DNA of 64,000 nt, taken from an uncultured Oscillibacter sp. (lineage in GTDB: Bacteria; Bacillota; Clostridia; Oscillospirales; Oscillospiraceae). The stretch spans positions 3,410 to 67,409 of the forward strand of contig CAJUCO010000008.1 in NCBI GenBank assembly GCA_910585245.1, given 5' to 3'. Numbering within the stretch: position 1 is the first letter of the stretch; each line of letters begins with the position of its first letter. The position numbers and the translations under genes are program-made. Of the stretch, positions 1 through 7,978 are shown piece after piece. Under the pieces are notes generated by a model. That model did not search any database, was not told where the DNA came from, and worked only from the letters and a program-made list of their open reading frames with translations.

Positions 1-30
1 GGATGGTTGCCCACGAGTCATTACTTTACC

Positions 31-59
31 ATCATAACCACTTTTCTGTCTCCCGTCAA
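31..59 (-). promoter_or_regulatory. sigma-A-like promoter directed out of the window
   Basis: Minus strand TTGACG (59-54), 17-nt spacer, TATGAT (36-31). Confidence 0.5.
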
Positions 60-476
60 TGGACAATTGCACAAACATTTCAAAAAATTTTCCTTGGCAG
101 TAAAGTTCTTTTTGTCAGTTTACCCCAATTTCACGGAAGTTTATACTACAATTCGCTGAATTTTCAAGAGATTTCCAAAAAAGTTTCCCTTACCCCAGAG
201 GAATCCTCTCTTCATATCTATGGATTTCCCCGGCGCTTCATGCCGCCGCCCGCCCGGTTTTCCAAAAAAAGCCGCCGCCGCCGGAAAGTGCCGGGGTTGC
301 TCCGGGGCGAACCGGAGACAATAGGGCTTGGGTATCGTGGACACAGGGCGGAGACATTCGCCTTGTGCGCCGTCAAAGCGGCTCAGGAGATTTCGTGAGC
401 TTCTTTGACGGGGAGGCGCCGGGCCCCACCCACCTGGCGGGGCCCGACGCCGGAAAGATCAAAGGAGGAGTATCCC

Positions 477-740
477 ATGAAAAATACTCTGCTGTTCCTG
501 ATGGTATCCCTGCTGCTGGCCTTCAGCCTCACCGCCTGCGGCGGCGGCCGGACCGGCAGCGCTCCCGAAGACTATGGCGACAGTTCCGTCAGCGGGGACG
601 GAGCATATGACGGCGGCTATAACGGAGGTCCGGCGGACGACGGACTGATGGACGGCGCCCGGGACGCCATGGACGACGCGGGACGGTCTGTCCGCAAAGC
701 CGTAAACGACGCCGGAGACGCCGTGGACCGCGCGTTTTAA
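477..740 (+). CDS. small lipoprotein, unknown function
   Basis: AGGAGG RBS, ATG at 477, hydrophobic signal ending in lipobox LTA-C, Gly/Asp-rich tail; followed by a GC hairpin (~751-783). Confidence 0.75.
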   Translation: MKNTLLFLMVSLLLAFSLTACGGGRTGSAPEDYGDSSVSGDGAYDGGYNGGPADDGLMDGARDAMDDAGRSVRKAVNDAGDAVDRAF

Positions 741-852
741 GCGCTCTGACACCGCTGGGGACTTCCGGTTTCCCCGGCGGTTTACATCCCCTTCCTTTTT
801 CCCTCCGCCTCCTGTATAATGAGGTGGAATATTGGATGAAGGAGGTCTGGCC

Positions 853-1551
853 ATGTCCCAGGAATTTACCATGAAACCCGTGGCCCGTATCCACAGCGAC
901 TTCGCCGGGAAATTCGGGGTCCCCCGCCAGAGCGGCTTGGTGGAGTCGCTGGAGGCGCTGGTGGTCTTTGAACCGGCGTACCGGAACCCCGACGCCCTCC
1001 GGGGACTGGAGGGGTTTTCTCACATTTGGCTGGTCTGGGTGTTTGACCGGGCCCTTCGGGAGGGGTGGTCTCCCACGGTGCGGCCGCCCCGCCTGGGGGG
1101 AAACACCCGTTTGGGGGTCTTCGCCACCCGGTCTCCCTTCCGGCCCAACCCCATCGCCCTGTCTGCCGTCACCCTGGCGGGGGTGGAGGAGACCGGGGCG
1201 TGGGGAACGGCCCTCCGGGTCCGGGGGGCGGACCTGATGGACGGCACGCCTATTTTGGATATCAAACCCTACCTTCCCTACGCGGACTGCCGTCCGGAGG
1301 CCGTGGGGGGCTTTGCCTCCGCCCCGGCAGGGGAGACGCTGGAGGTGGAGTGTTCCTTGTCCCTTTGGGAAAAGGTCCCGCCGGAGCGGCGGGAAGCCCT
1401 CCGGGCGGTGCTGGCCCTGGACCCCCGGCCCCGGTATCAGGCGGACCCGGAGCGGGTTTATGGCTTCGGCTTCGCCGGATTGGAGGTGCGCTTCTCCGTG
1501 GAGGGAGATCTGCTCCGGGTCCGGGAAATCCTGGAGGGGACGGAAAAATAG
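853..1551 (+). CDS. tsaA: tRNA (t6A37) N6-methyltransferase TrmO (TsaA/YaeB family)
   Basis: Motifs KFGVPRQSG, GLEGFSHIWLVW, GVFATRSPFRPNPI, DGTPILDIKPY; GGAGG RBS. Confidence 0.92.
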   Translation: MSQEFTMKPVARIHSDFAGKFGVPRQSGLVESLEALVVFEPAYRNPDALRGLEGFSHIWLVWVFDRALREGWSPTVRPPRLGGNTRLGVFATRSPFRPNPIALSAVTLAGVEETGAWGTALRVRGADLMDGTPILDIKPYLPYADCRPEAVGGFASAPAGETLEVECSLSLWEKVPPERREALRAVLALDPRPRYQADPERVYGFGFAGLEVRFSVEGDLLRVREILEGTEK

Positions 1552-1646
1552 TCCTGCCGGACGTATCAAGCGGGCCGCCCAGAAGGGCGGCCCGCTTTCC
1601 GAAACCTTCCGGCTCCCAATAGACAGATTTCCGCAATAATTGCATA

Positions 1647-1693
1647 TTGACTTTTGCGGTCGCATAAGGTAAAATAATTTTGCAACCGCAAAA
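1647..1693 (+). promoter_or_regulatory. sigma-A promoter overlapped by an inverted-repeat operator
   Basis: TTGACT(1647)-17-TAAAAT(1670); arms TTTTGCGGTCGCA (1652-1664) and TGCAACCGCAAAA (1681-1693) are reverse complements with 1 mismatch. Confidence 0.7.
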
Positions 1694-1704
1694 GGAGGCG
1701 AATT

Positions 1705-1884
1705 ATGGCCGCTAAAAAAATAGGGCGTCCTACGGATAGTCCAAAAGACATTGACATCAAAATACGTTTTGACAAAGATACCGTAGATAAACTGGAAATA
1801 TGCAGTGAGAAAATGCAGATTACCAGAGCGGAAGTGGTCAGGCGTGGTGTCCGGAAGATGTATGACGACCTTGACAAAAAATAG
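1705..1884 (+). CDS. 59-aa ribbon-helix-helix (CopG-like) transcriptional regulator; absent from the ORF track
   Basis: AAGGAGG RBS; MAAKKIGRPTDSPKDIDIKIRFDKDTVDKLEICSEKMQITRAEVVRRGVRKMYDDLDKK, showing GRP, an alternating beta strand IKIRF and an RAEVVRRG helix pattern. Confidence 0.8.
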   Translation: MAAKKIGRPTDSPKDIDIKIRFDKDTVDKLEICSEKMQITRAEVVRRGVRKMYDDLDKK

Positions 1885-1990
1885 CGGGAAGCGGCGCACT
1901 CCGACCAAGGCCACGCCACTTCCCCAGGCCGATGATTGCCAAGAGGCAAACCAGCGTAAATATTATATCATGCGCCGCCTTTCCTTTCAA
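1876..1990 (-). ncRNA. putative ~80-nt antisense RNA (promoter included in coordinates)
   Basis: Minus-strand TTGAAA(1990-1985)-17-TATAAT(1967-1962) with TG extension; terminator stem 1924-1914/1896-1886 (needs a G-U pair that forms only on the minus strand) followed by a U-tract at 1881-1876. Confidence 0.6.
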
Positions 1991-2033
1991 GCAGTATCGG
2001 CCAAAAAAGAAAAAAAGAAAGGACCGTGCAAAG

Positions 2034-2324
2034 GTGGAAAACATTCTGGAAATTCTTTATAACCTGCCTATGGAAAATATCCACGAGCGGGATGCGTCCT
2101 TTGTCAAAGCGGCGCGCGTCAGAAGGGAGCAGCTGGAGCAGCTCACCGCTTCTATGACGGATGAGCAGCAGGAACTGCTGGATGCGTATTTGGACACGAG
2201 AAGCAAATTCGAGGATATGATAGACTTCGACCGCTTCCGGTTCGCCTTCCATTTTGGAGCGCAGCTTATGGCGGAACTGATGAGAGGCAAGGGGGCGGAA
2301 CTGCTGGACCGGGCGGGAACGTAA
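2034..2324 (+). CDS. small helical protein, DUF6809-like
   Basis: GTG start after AAGGA; ILEILY...LTASMTDEQQELLDAYLD...FxxxFxxGAQLMAEL pattern; resembles 63483-63779; terminator at 2333-2366. Confidence 0.65.
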   Translation: MENILEILYNLPMENIHERDASFVKAARVRREQLEQLTASMTDEQQELLDAYLDTRSKFEDMIDFDRFRFAFHFGAQLMAELMRGKGAELLDRAGT

Positions 2325-2405
2325 ATCACGGGAAAAGAGAGGACCCTTCGGTCCTCTCTTTTTTTCGCCAGTGAATAAGGCGCCGGTGAAACGCCGCTCC
2401 TCCGG

Positions 2406-3299
2406 TCACTCCAGCTTCCGCACGAAGTTTCCAAAGACCCGGACCCGCTCTTGCACCGTGGTGAAGGCGTGGGGGTCCATCTCGTGAACCGCGTGGAGAA
2501 GCTCTTCGATCTCAAATTTGGAAAGGCACACCACCAGCACGTGGAGGCCCTTGCCGCTGTAAGCGCCGGTGCCCTCCCAATAGGTGACGCTGCGCCCCAG
2601 TTTTTCAATGATGAACCGGCCCAGCTGCTTCTCGTCCTCCTTGGTGAAGATCATGGCTTGAACGTTTACATTTTGCTGGTGCATCCGGTCCAGCACCATG
2701 GCGGAGAAGAAGTTGTAGATGACGGAGTAGATGGCTACCTCCGGCACAAAGAGGATCAGACAGGCGGCGTAGAGAAAGAAGTTGACCGTCAGGGAGAACT
2801 TCCCCACAGTGAAGCGGCTGCCCCGTTTGCTCAGGCAAAGCCCCACGATGTCCAGTCCGCCGCCGCTGCCGCCGCAGGTCAGCACGATGCCGCTGGCGGT
2901 GCCCACAAGGATGCCCCCCAGCAGGCAGGCGGTGAGATAATCCTCCACAATGGGGGTCGAGGGCGTTGGAATGACGCTGTAAAAAAAGGAGAAGGAAACC
3001 GTGCAGGCGATGGTTTTAAAGGTCATGAGCCGTCCCAGGGTCTTGTAACCCAGGAACAAGATGGGGATGTTGCTGATAAAATAGAGAATACCGGCGATGT
3101 CCGCCCCGCCGAAGCGAAGCCCCAGATTTTCCTGGAGCATGGTGCGGATCAGCTGGCAAAAGCCCATCAATCCGCCGGTATAGAGGCCCAGCGGCACAAT
3201 GAAGAGGTTCAGGGCCAGGGCCACCACCCCCTCCCCCAGCATGGCGGCCAGCAGCCGCAGCCAGCGGTGGTGCAGGGAATTGTACATCACATCTTTCAT
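2406..3299 (-). CDS. YitT family membrane protein (DUF2179 C-terminus)
   Basis: Multiple TM segments, GG(S)GGLDIVG motif, C-terminal GxGAYSG...DPHAF. Confidence 0.88.
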   Translation of the reverse strand: MKDVMYNSLHHRWLRLLAAMLGEGVVALALNLFIVPLGLYTGGLMGFCQLIRTMLQENLGLRFGGADIAGILYFISNIPILFLGYKTLGRLMTFKTIACTVSFSFFYSVIPTPSTPIVEDYLTACLLGGILVGTASGIVLTCGGSGGGLDIVGLCLSKRGSRFTVGKFSLTVNFFLYAACLILFVPEVAIYSVIYNFFSAMVLDRMHQQNVNVQAMIFTKEDEKQLGRFIIEKLGRSVTYWEGTGAYSGKGLHVLVVCLSKFEIEELLHAVHEMDPHAFTTVQERVRVFGNFVRKLE

Positions 3300-3487
3300 G
3301 TTGTTCCTCCCGGTCCGGCCCATGCGCCGGCCTTGTCCCCGTGCCTCGGGGCGGTCGTGGATTCTTGCGGTGTATTCTTTGGAACGCTGGCATTGATTAT
3401 AGCCGCTTCCTCTGAAAACCGCAAGAGGAAAAGAGGAACAGAATGGACGAAACCCCAGGAAATATCTCCCTGTTTATCCGCCAAAAC

Positions 3488-3796
3488 TTACAAGGCGTAT
3501 TGAAGGCACCGGTACAGCCGGTCTTTGGCCCGGCGAAGGGTCCGGGAGACGGTGGAGCGGTTTACGCCCAGTTCTCCGGCAATCTGGGGAATGTTCAACC
3601 CCTGGTCGTAGTAGAGCTCCAGCATCTGCCGCTGGCGGGGGGTCAGCTCCTTCTCCCTGGCCTGGCGGAGACTCCGGCGGAGACGCTCCAACCGCTCGCT
3701 GTTGTCCGCCGCGTGCTGGAGGTTCCAGACCGTCATGTCCCCGATCCACTCGCTGGCCCGGGTGGAGAAGGGGCTTTCATAACGCGTATTTTTCAT
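3488..3796 (-). CDS. sigma-70 region-4-like HTH DNA-binding protein
   Basis: LTPRQRQMLELYY...IPQIAGELGVNRSTVSRTLRRA; no sigma region 2. Confidence 0.8.
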   Translation of the reverse strand: MKNTRYESPFSTRASEWIGDMTVWNLQHAADNSERLERLRRSLRQAREKELTPRQRQMLELYYDQGLNIPQIAGELGVNRSTVSRTLRRAKDRLYRCLQYAL

Positions 3797-4010
3797 GTTT
3801 GTGATAGCTCCTGTCGTAGTAATGTGCGGTCAGCGCCGCCAGTTCCCTGGCCTCTCGCCAGAGAGGGGTCAGCTCGTCGATTCTGCGGTGAAGGCGGAAG
3901 ACCGCCTCCGGGTCCGCCTCGTCCCGCACCAGAAGCCGCAGCTCCACAATGCGGCTGTGGATGGCCTCTGCGCTGTGGCGGTAGGAGGCCGACATCTCCA
4001 ATAGCGTCAT
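3777..4010 (-). CDS. hypothetical protein (77 aa)
   Basis: GGAGG RBS before MTLLEMSASY; overlaps both neighbours, consistent with an operon. Confidence 0.6.
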   Translation of the reverse strand: MTLLEMSASYRHSAEAIHSRIVELRLLVRDEADPEAVFRLHRRIDELTPLWREARELAALTAHYYDRSYHKHEKYAL

Positions 4011-4195
4011 ATCTCTGCCTCCCCTCCCAAAATCTCCCGGCAGGGGGCCAGTTCCCGCCGGGCCAAATCCGGCAGGCACTCCCCACAGGCAAGCAGCCCG
4101 TTACAAACCCAGTATTCCTCCCCTCGAAGAAGCTCCCGCCCGCACAGCGTGCAGCGAAGGAGCTCCGCCCCGGGGCGGCGTTTCGTTTTGGTCAT
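4007..4195 (-). CDS. small CxxC...CxxC zinc-ribbon-like protein
   Basis: AAGGAG RBS; RCTLCGRELLRGEEYWVCNGLLACGEC. Confidence 0.65.
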   Translation of the reverse strand: MTKTKRRPGAELLRCTLCGRELLRGEEYWVCNGLLACGECLPDLARRELAPCREILGGEAEI

Positions 4196-4241
4196 GGCAA
4201 TGGTCTCCTTTGAAAAAATCGAAAAAGTGGAAAAATTTTTG

Positions 4242-4270
4242 TTGACAAACGGAAGAGCGTCTGCTAGAAT
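4242..4270 (+). promoter_or_regulatory. sigma-A promoter of the tRNA pair
   Basis: TTGACA-17-TAGAAT with TG extension. Confidence 0.8.
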
Positions 4271-4289
4271 AAACACTGCTGTTGGAACT

Positions 4290-4365
4290 GCTGGTGTAGC
4301 TCAGTTGGTAGAGCAGCTGATTTGTAATCAGCAGGCCGGGGGTTCGAGTCCGTCCACCAGCTCCA
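4290..4365 (+). tRNA. tRNA-Thr(TGT)
   Basis: Cloverleaf; anticodon arm GCTGA-TTTGTAA-TCAGC, GGTTCGAGTCC T-arm, CCA end. Confidence 0.97.
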
Positions 4366-4382
4366 CAAATTTATATTGATCT

Positions 4383-4467
4383 GGGGGAATTCCAGAGCGG
4401 TCAAATGGGGCAGACTGTAAATCTGTTGTCACTGACTTCGGTGGTTCGAATCCACCTTCCCCCACCA
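4383..4467 (+). tRNA. tRNA-Tyr(GTA)
   Basis: Cloverleaf with long variable arm; GCAGA-CTGTAAA-TCTGT; CCA end. Confidence 0.97.
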
Positions 4468-4471
4468 GCTC

Positions 4472-4587
4472 AGAAATTCCCCTTACCGCTACGCTTCCCG
4501 CCTAAAGGTCGGAAAGCTCCGCCGGGCGGGGAATTTCTTCGCTTTCAACCGTGAACCACTTCGTTTGGGTTCACGGTTGATTTTTTT
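4472..4587 (+). repeat. hairpin-rich element/terminator downstream of tRNA-Tyr
   Basis: AGAAATTCCCC...GGGGAATTTCT stem, then TCAACCGTGAACC...GGTTCACGGTTGA stem plus T7. Confidence 0.6.
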
Positions 4588-4639
4588 GCGGGGGACGGGG
4601 GACGGGGGACGGGGAGGGGCGGTGAGAGTAGGAGTGGAA

Positions 4640-4753
4640 TTACAAGAATCTTGGCGGTGTTTTTAAAATAGCACATATGTTCGATTATGTCAAGAGGGAA
4701 TTTACAAGAAACTTGTAAAAATAATTGACAGGGCCCAAGGGACCTGCTATAGT
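4640..4753. promoter_or_regulatory. divergent promoter region with a LexA-like box and two operator copies
   Basis: Minus TTGACA(4693-4688)-17-TATTTT(4670-4665) with CGAACATATGTGC in the spacer; plus TTGACA(4725)-17-TATAGT(4748); palindrome TTTACAAG-AAA-CTTGTAAA (4701-4719) and partial copy TTACAAG-AAT-CTTG (4640-4653). Confidence 0.65.
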
Positions 4754-4806
4754 TAGCACAGGTTGAAAAAAATTTGGGGTGCGGAAACCGGGAGGGAGAG
4801 AGGCGT

Positions 4807-5556
4807 ATGTCCTTTGGTGAGCGGATACGGGCCCGGCGGGGAGAACTGGACATGACCCGGGCGGAGCTGGCGGCGCTGTTGGGAGTCTCCCCCTCCGCCG
4901 TGGGGAACTATGAGACCGGGATCAGCTTCCCCAAGGAGGAGATCATGCTGCGGCTGTTCGACGCCCTGGAGACGGACCCCAACACCTTGTTTCAAGACAG
5001 CTTTCAATACAACAAGCAGCCTCTGGACCCAAGGGAGCGGAGGCTGCTGGAGGGGTATCAGGGTCTCTCCGCCTTGGGGCGGGAGACGGTAAGGACCCTG
5101 GTAGAGGCCCTGTGCGCCTGCCGGGACGAGGCGGAGGCGGCCCCGGAGGCGGCGGAGCCCCGGATGATTCCCCTCTACCGCACCCCCGCCGCCGCCGGAT
5201 ACGCCTCCCCGGCCTTTGGGGAGGATTTTGACTACGTTCCCGTAACCGGGGACGTGCCCCCGGCGGCGGAGTTTGCCGTGCGCATTCAGGGGGACTCCAT
5301 GGCTCCGTTCATTGCAGACGGGTCTGTGGTCTATGTGAACCGGGACCCTTTGAAAGCCGGGGATGTGGGCGTCTTCTGCGTGGACGGGGACATTTTGTGC
5401 AAACAGTATTACAGGGACCCGGCAGGCATTGTCTACCTCTTCTCCTTGAACCGGGCCCGGGCGGACGCGGATGTGGTGCTTACTTCCGCCGGAGGACGGG
5501 CGTTGGTGTGCTTTGGCCGGGTGATCATGCGGGGTTTCCCCCTGCCGGGGCGGTAA
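4807..5556 (+). CDS. XRE-family HTH + S24 peptidase (CI/LexA-like) repressor
   Basis: N-terminal XRE HTH; AAG cleavage-like site, GDSM catalytic Ser, CKQY Lys. Confidence 0.88.
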   Translation: MSFGERIRARRGELDMTRAELAALLGVSPSAVGNYETGISFPKEEIMLRLFDALETDPNTLFQDSFQYNKQPLDPRERRLLEGYQGLSALGRETVRTLVEALCACRDEAEAAPEAAEPRMIPLYRTPAAAGYASPAFGEDFDYVPVTGDVPPAAEFAVRIQGDSMAPFIADGSVVYVNRDPLKAGDVGVFCVDGDILCKQYYRDPAGIVYLFSLNRARADADVVLTSAGGRALVCFGRVIMRGFPLPGR

Positions 5557-5671
5557 GGGGAGGAGAATCCGGGGAGAATCGCGGGATTTTATTGACATTC
5601 CCGGTTCAGGCGGATAAAATAAAATGGTTATTTATTTGGATACCTTATTTAGGGAAAGGAACGAAAACGCT

Positions 5672-7111
5672 ATGGCTACGGATAAAAGACAAGTGGACGC
5701 CATCACCGCCCGGGACGTGGACTTTGCCCAGTGGTATACCGACGTCTGCAAAAAGGCGGAGCTCATCGACTACACCTCCGTCAAGGGGATGTTCATTTAC
5801 CGGCCCTATGGCTACGCCATCTGGGAGAACATCCAAAACGAGCTGGACCGCCGCTTTAAGGAGACGGGCCACGAAAACGTCTATCTCCCGGTGCTGATCC
5901 CCGAGTCCCTTCTCCAAAAGGAGAAGGACCACGTGGAGGGCTTTGCCCCGGAGTGCGCCTGGATTACCCTGGGGGGCAGCGAGAAGCTGGAGGATAAGCT
6001 CTGTGTCCGCCCCACCTCCGAGACCCTCTTTTGCGAGCATTACGCCAATATCATCCACTCCTGGCGGGACCTGCCGAAACTCTACAACCAGTGGTGCAGC
6101 GTTCTTCGCTGGGAGAAGACCTCCCGCCCCTTCCTCCGCCACCGGGAGTTCCTCTGGCAGGAGGGCCACACCATGCACGCCACCGCCGAGGACGCCATGG
6201 AAGAAACCATGCGGATGCTGAACGTCTACGCGGACTTCATGGAAAATTTCCTGGCCATGCCCGTCCTCCGGGGCCGGAAGACCGACAAGGAAAAATTCAA
6301 GGGGGCCGAGGAGACCTACACCGTGGAGTGCATGATGCACGACCACAAAGCCCTTCAGGCGGGCACCAGTCACTACTTTGGGGACGGGTTCGCCAGAGCC
6401 TTCGACATTACCTACACCGGAAAGGACAACCAGCTCCACCACCCCCATCAGACCAGCTGGGGCGTCTCCACCCGGATGATCGGCGGTATCATCATGACCC
6501 ACGGAGACGACAACGGGTTGGTGCTGCCCCCCCGGGTGGCTCCCATTCAGGCGGTGGTCATCCCCGTGGCGGCCCACAAACCCGGCGTGCTGGACGCCGC
6601 CGCCGCCCTTCGGGACCGGCTGAAGGAGGTGGGCGTCCGCTCCAGGATGGACGATTCCGACAACTCCCCCGGCTGGAAGTTTGCGGAGTACGAGATGAAG
6701 GGCGTGCCGCTCCGGGTGGAGATCGGCCCCAAGGACATGGAGAAGGACCAGTGCGTGGTGGCCCGCCGGGACACCGGGGAAAAGGTGACGGTTCCCCTGG
6801 CGGACCTGGAGGAAACCGTGCGGACCCTTCTGGACGCGGTGCATGAAAATATGTATGCCATGGCCCTTCGGAACCGGGAGGACAACACCTTTGACATCGC
6901 CACCCCCGAGGAGGCCAAGGCCATCGCCGAGGGGAAGGGAGGTTTCCTCCGCTCCAAGTGGTGCGGCTCTTTGGAGTGCGAGCTGGCAATGAAGGAGCGG
7001 GCGGGCGTCAGTTCCCGCTGTATGCCCCTGGAGCAAAGCGGCGTGGAGGGCGTTTGCCCTGTGTGCGGCAAGCCCTGCAAGACCGATATCTATTGGGGCG
7101 TGGCCTATTAA
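5672..7111 (+). CDS. proS: proline--tRNA ligase (archaeal/eukaryote-like type)
   Basis: RPTSET, PFLRHREFLWQEGH, QTSWGVSTR, C-terminal Cys motif ending GVAY; promoter TTGACA(5592)-17-TAAAAT(5615). Confidence 0.97.
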   Translation: MATDKRQVDAITARDVDFAQWYTDVCKKAELIDYTSVKGMFIYRPYGYAIWENIQNELDRRFKETGHENVYLPVLIPESLLQKEKDHVEGFAPECAWITLGGSEKLEDKLCVRPTSETLFCEHYANIIHSWRDLPKLYNQWCSVLRWEKTSRPFLRHREFLWQEGHTMHATAEDAMEETMRMLNVYADFMENFLAMPVLRGRKTDKEKFKGAEETYTVECMMHDHKALQAGTSHYFGDGFARAFDITYTGKDNQLHHPHQTSWGVSTRMIGGIIMTHGDDNGLVLPPRVAPIQAVVIPVAAHKPGVLDAAAALRDRLKEVGVRSRMDDSDNSPGWKFAEYEMKGVPLRVEIGPKDMEKDQCVVARRDTGEKVTVPLADLEETVRTLLDAVHENMYAMALRNREDNTFDIATPEEAKAIAEGKGGFLRSKWCGSLECELAMKERAGVSSRCMPLEQSGVEGVCPVCGKPCKTDIYWGVAY

Positions 7112-7131
7112 CCGGGACATATGCCGTGAAA

Positions 7132-7199
7132 ACGGGACGGCGCGGAGACCGCCCTCTACAGGATACGCGTTGTAGGGGCCGGCCTCTGTGCCGGCCCGT
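7132..7199. repeat. inverted pair of GTAG-type REP-like palindromes
   Basis: TGTAGGGGCCGGCCTCTGTGCCGGCCCGT (7171-7199) and an inverted related copy (7132-7160). Confidence 0.6.
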
Positions 7200-7237
7200 T
7201 TTCTCCTCAAAGCGCCAAAATGGAAAGGAGGCCCGCC

Positions 7238-7978
7238 GTGGAACGCCGCTACCAGTCCCTGGACACCGTCCGGGGCTTTGCCCTTGTCAGCATGATCCTC
7301 TACCACGCCGCCTGGGATCTGGTTTATATGTTCGGCGTGGACTGGCCCTGGTACCGCAGCTTCGCCGCCCATGTCTGGCAGCAGAGCATCTGCTGGACCT
7401 TTATCCTCCTCTCCGGCTATTGCTTCGCTTTGGGACGCCATCAGTTCCGGCGGGGACTGACGGTGTTTTCTGGCGGGGCCCTCATCACCGCCGTCACCTG
7501 GGTCTTTATGCCTGAAAACCTGGTGCTGTTCGGCGTGCTGACCCTGCTGGGGTCTTCCATGCTGCTGGCAAATGGGTTCCAGCCTCTTTTCCAAAGGGTC
7601 CCGCCCCGGGTGGGGCTGGCTGGGAGTTTCCTCCTGTTTCTGGTGCTCCGGGATGTGAACGCCGGGTACCTTGGCTTTGAAGGGACCCGGATTTTCCGCT
7701 TTTGGGACGGCGCCCGGAACCTGGGCACCGCGTTTGTGGGCTTTCCCCCGGCGGACTTCTTCTCCACGGACTACTTCTCCTTCCTCCCCTGGTTTTTCCT
7801 GTTTTTGACGGGGTACTTCCTCTTCCGGCTCCGCCCGGAGGAGGCTGAGGGGACCCGGCGGGTCCCCCTGGTGACGGCTATGGGCCGTCATTCCCTCCTG
7901 ATTTATATGCTCCACCAACCGGCGGTCTACGCTCTGGAGTGGGTGGGCCACTTTCTTTTGACGGGAGCGACGGTATGA
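7238..7978 (+). CDS. DUF1624 / heparan-alpha-glucosaminide N-acetyltransferase-like membrane protein
   Basis: LDTVRGFALVSMILYH, FILLSG, STDYFSFLPW, GRHSLLIYMLHQP. Confidence 0.85.
   Translation: MERRYQSLDTVRGFALVSMILYHAAWDLVYMFGVDWPWYRSFAAHVWQQSICWTFILLSGYCFALGRHQFRRGLTVFSGGALITAVTWVFMPENLVLFGVLTLLGSSMLLANGFQPLFQRVPPRVGLAGSFLLFLVLRDVNAGYLGFEGTRIFRFWDGARNLGTAFVGFPPADFFSTDYFSFLPWFFLFLTGYFLFRLRPEEAEGTRRVPLVTAMGRHSLLIYMLHQPAVYALEWVGHFLLTGATV

Noticed and set aside
3488..5556. Intact prophage at tRNA-Thr/Tyr
   Set aside because: No integrase, structural genes or att duplication nearby.
5620..5671. T-box riboswitch upstream of proS
   Set aside because: The leader between promoter and start is only ~45 nt; no T-box motif or terminator.
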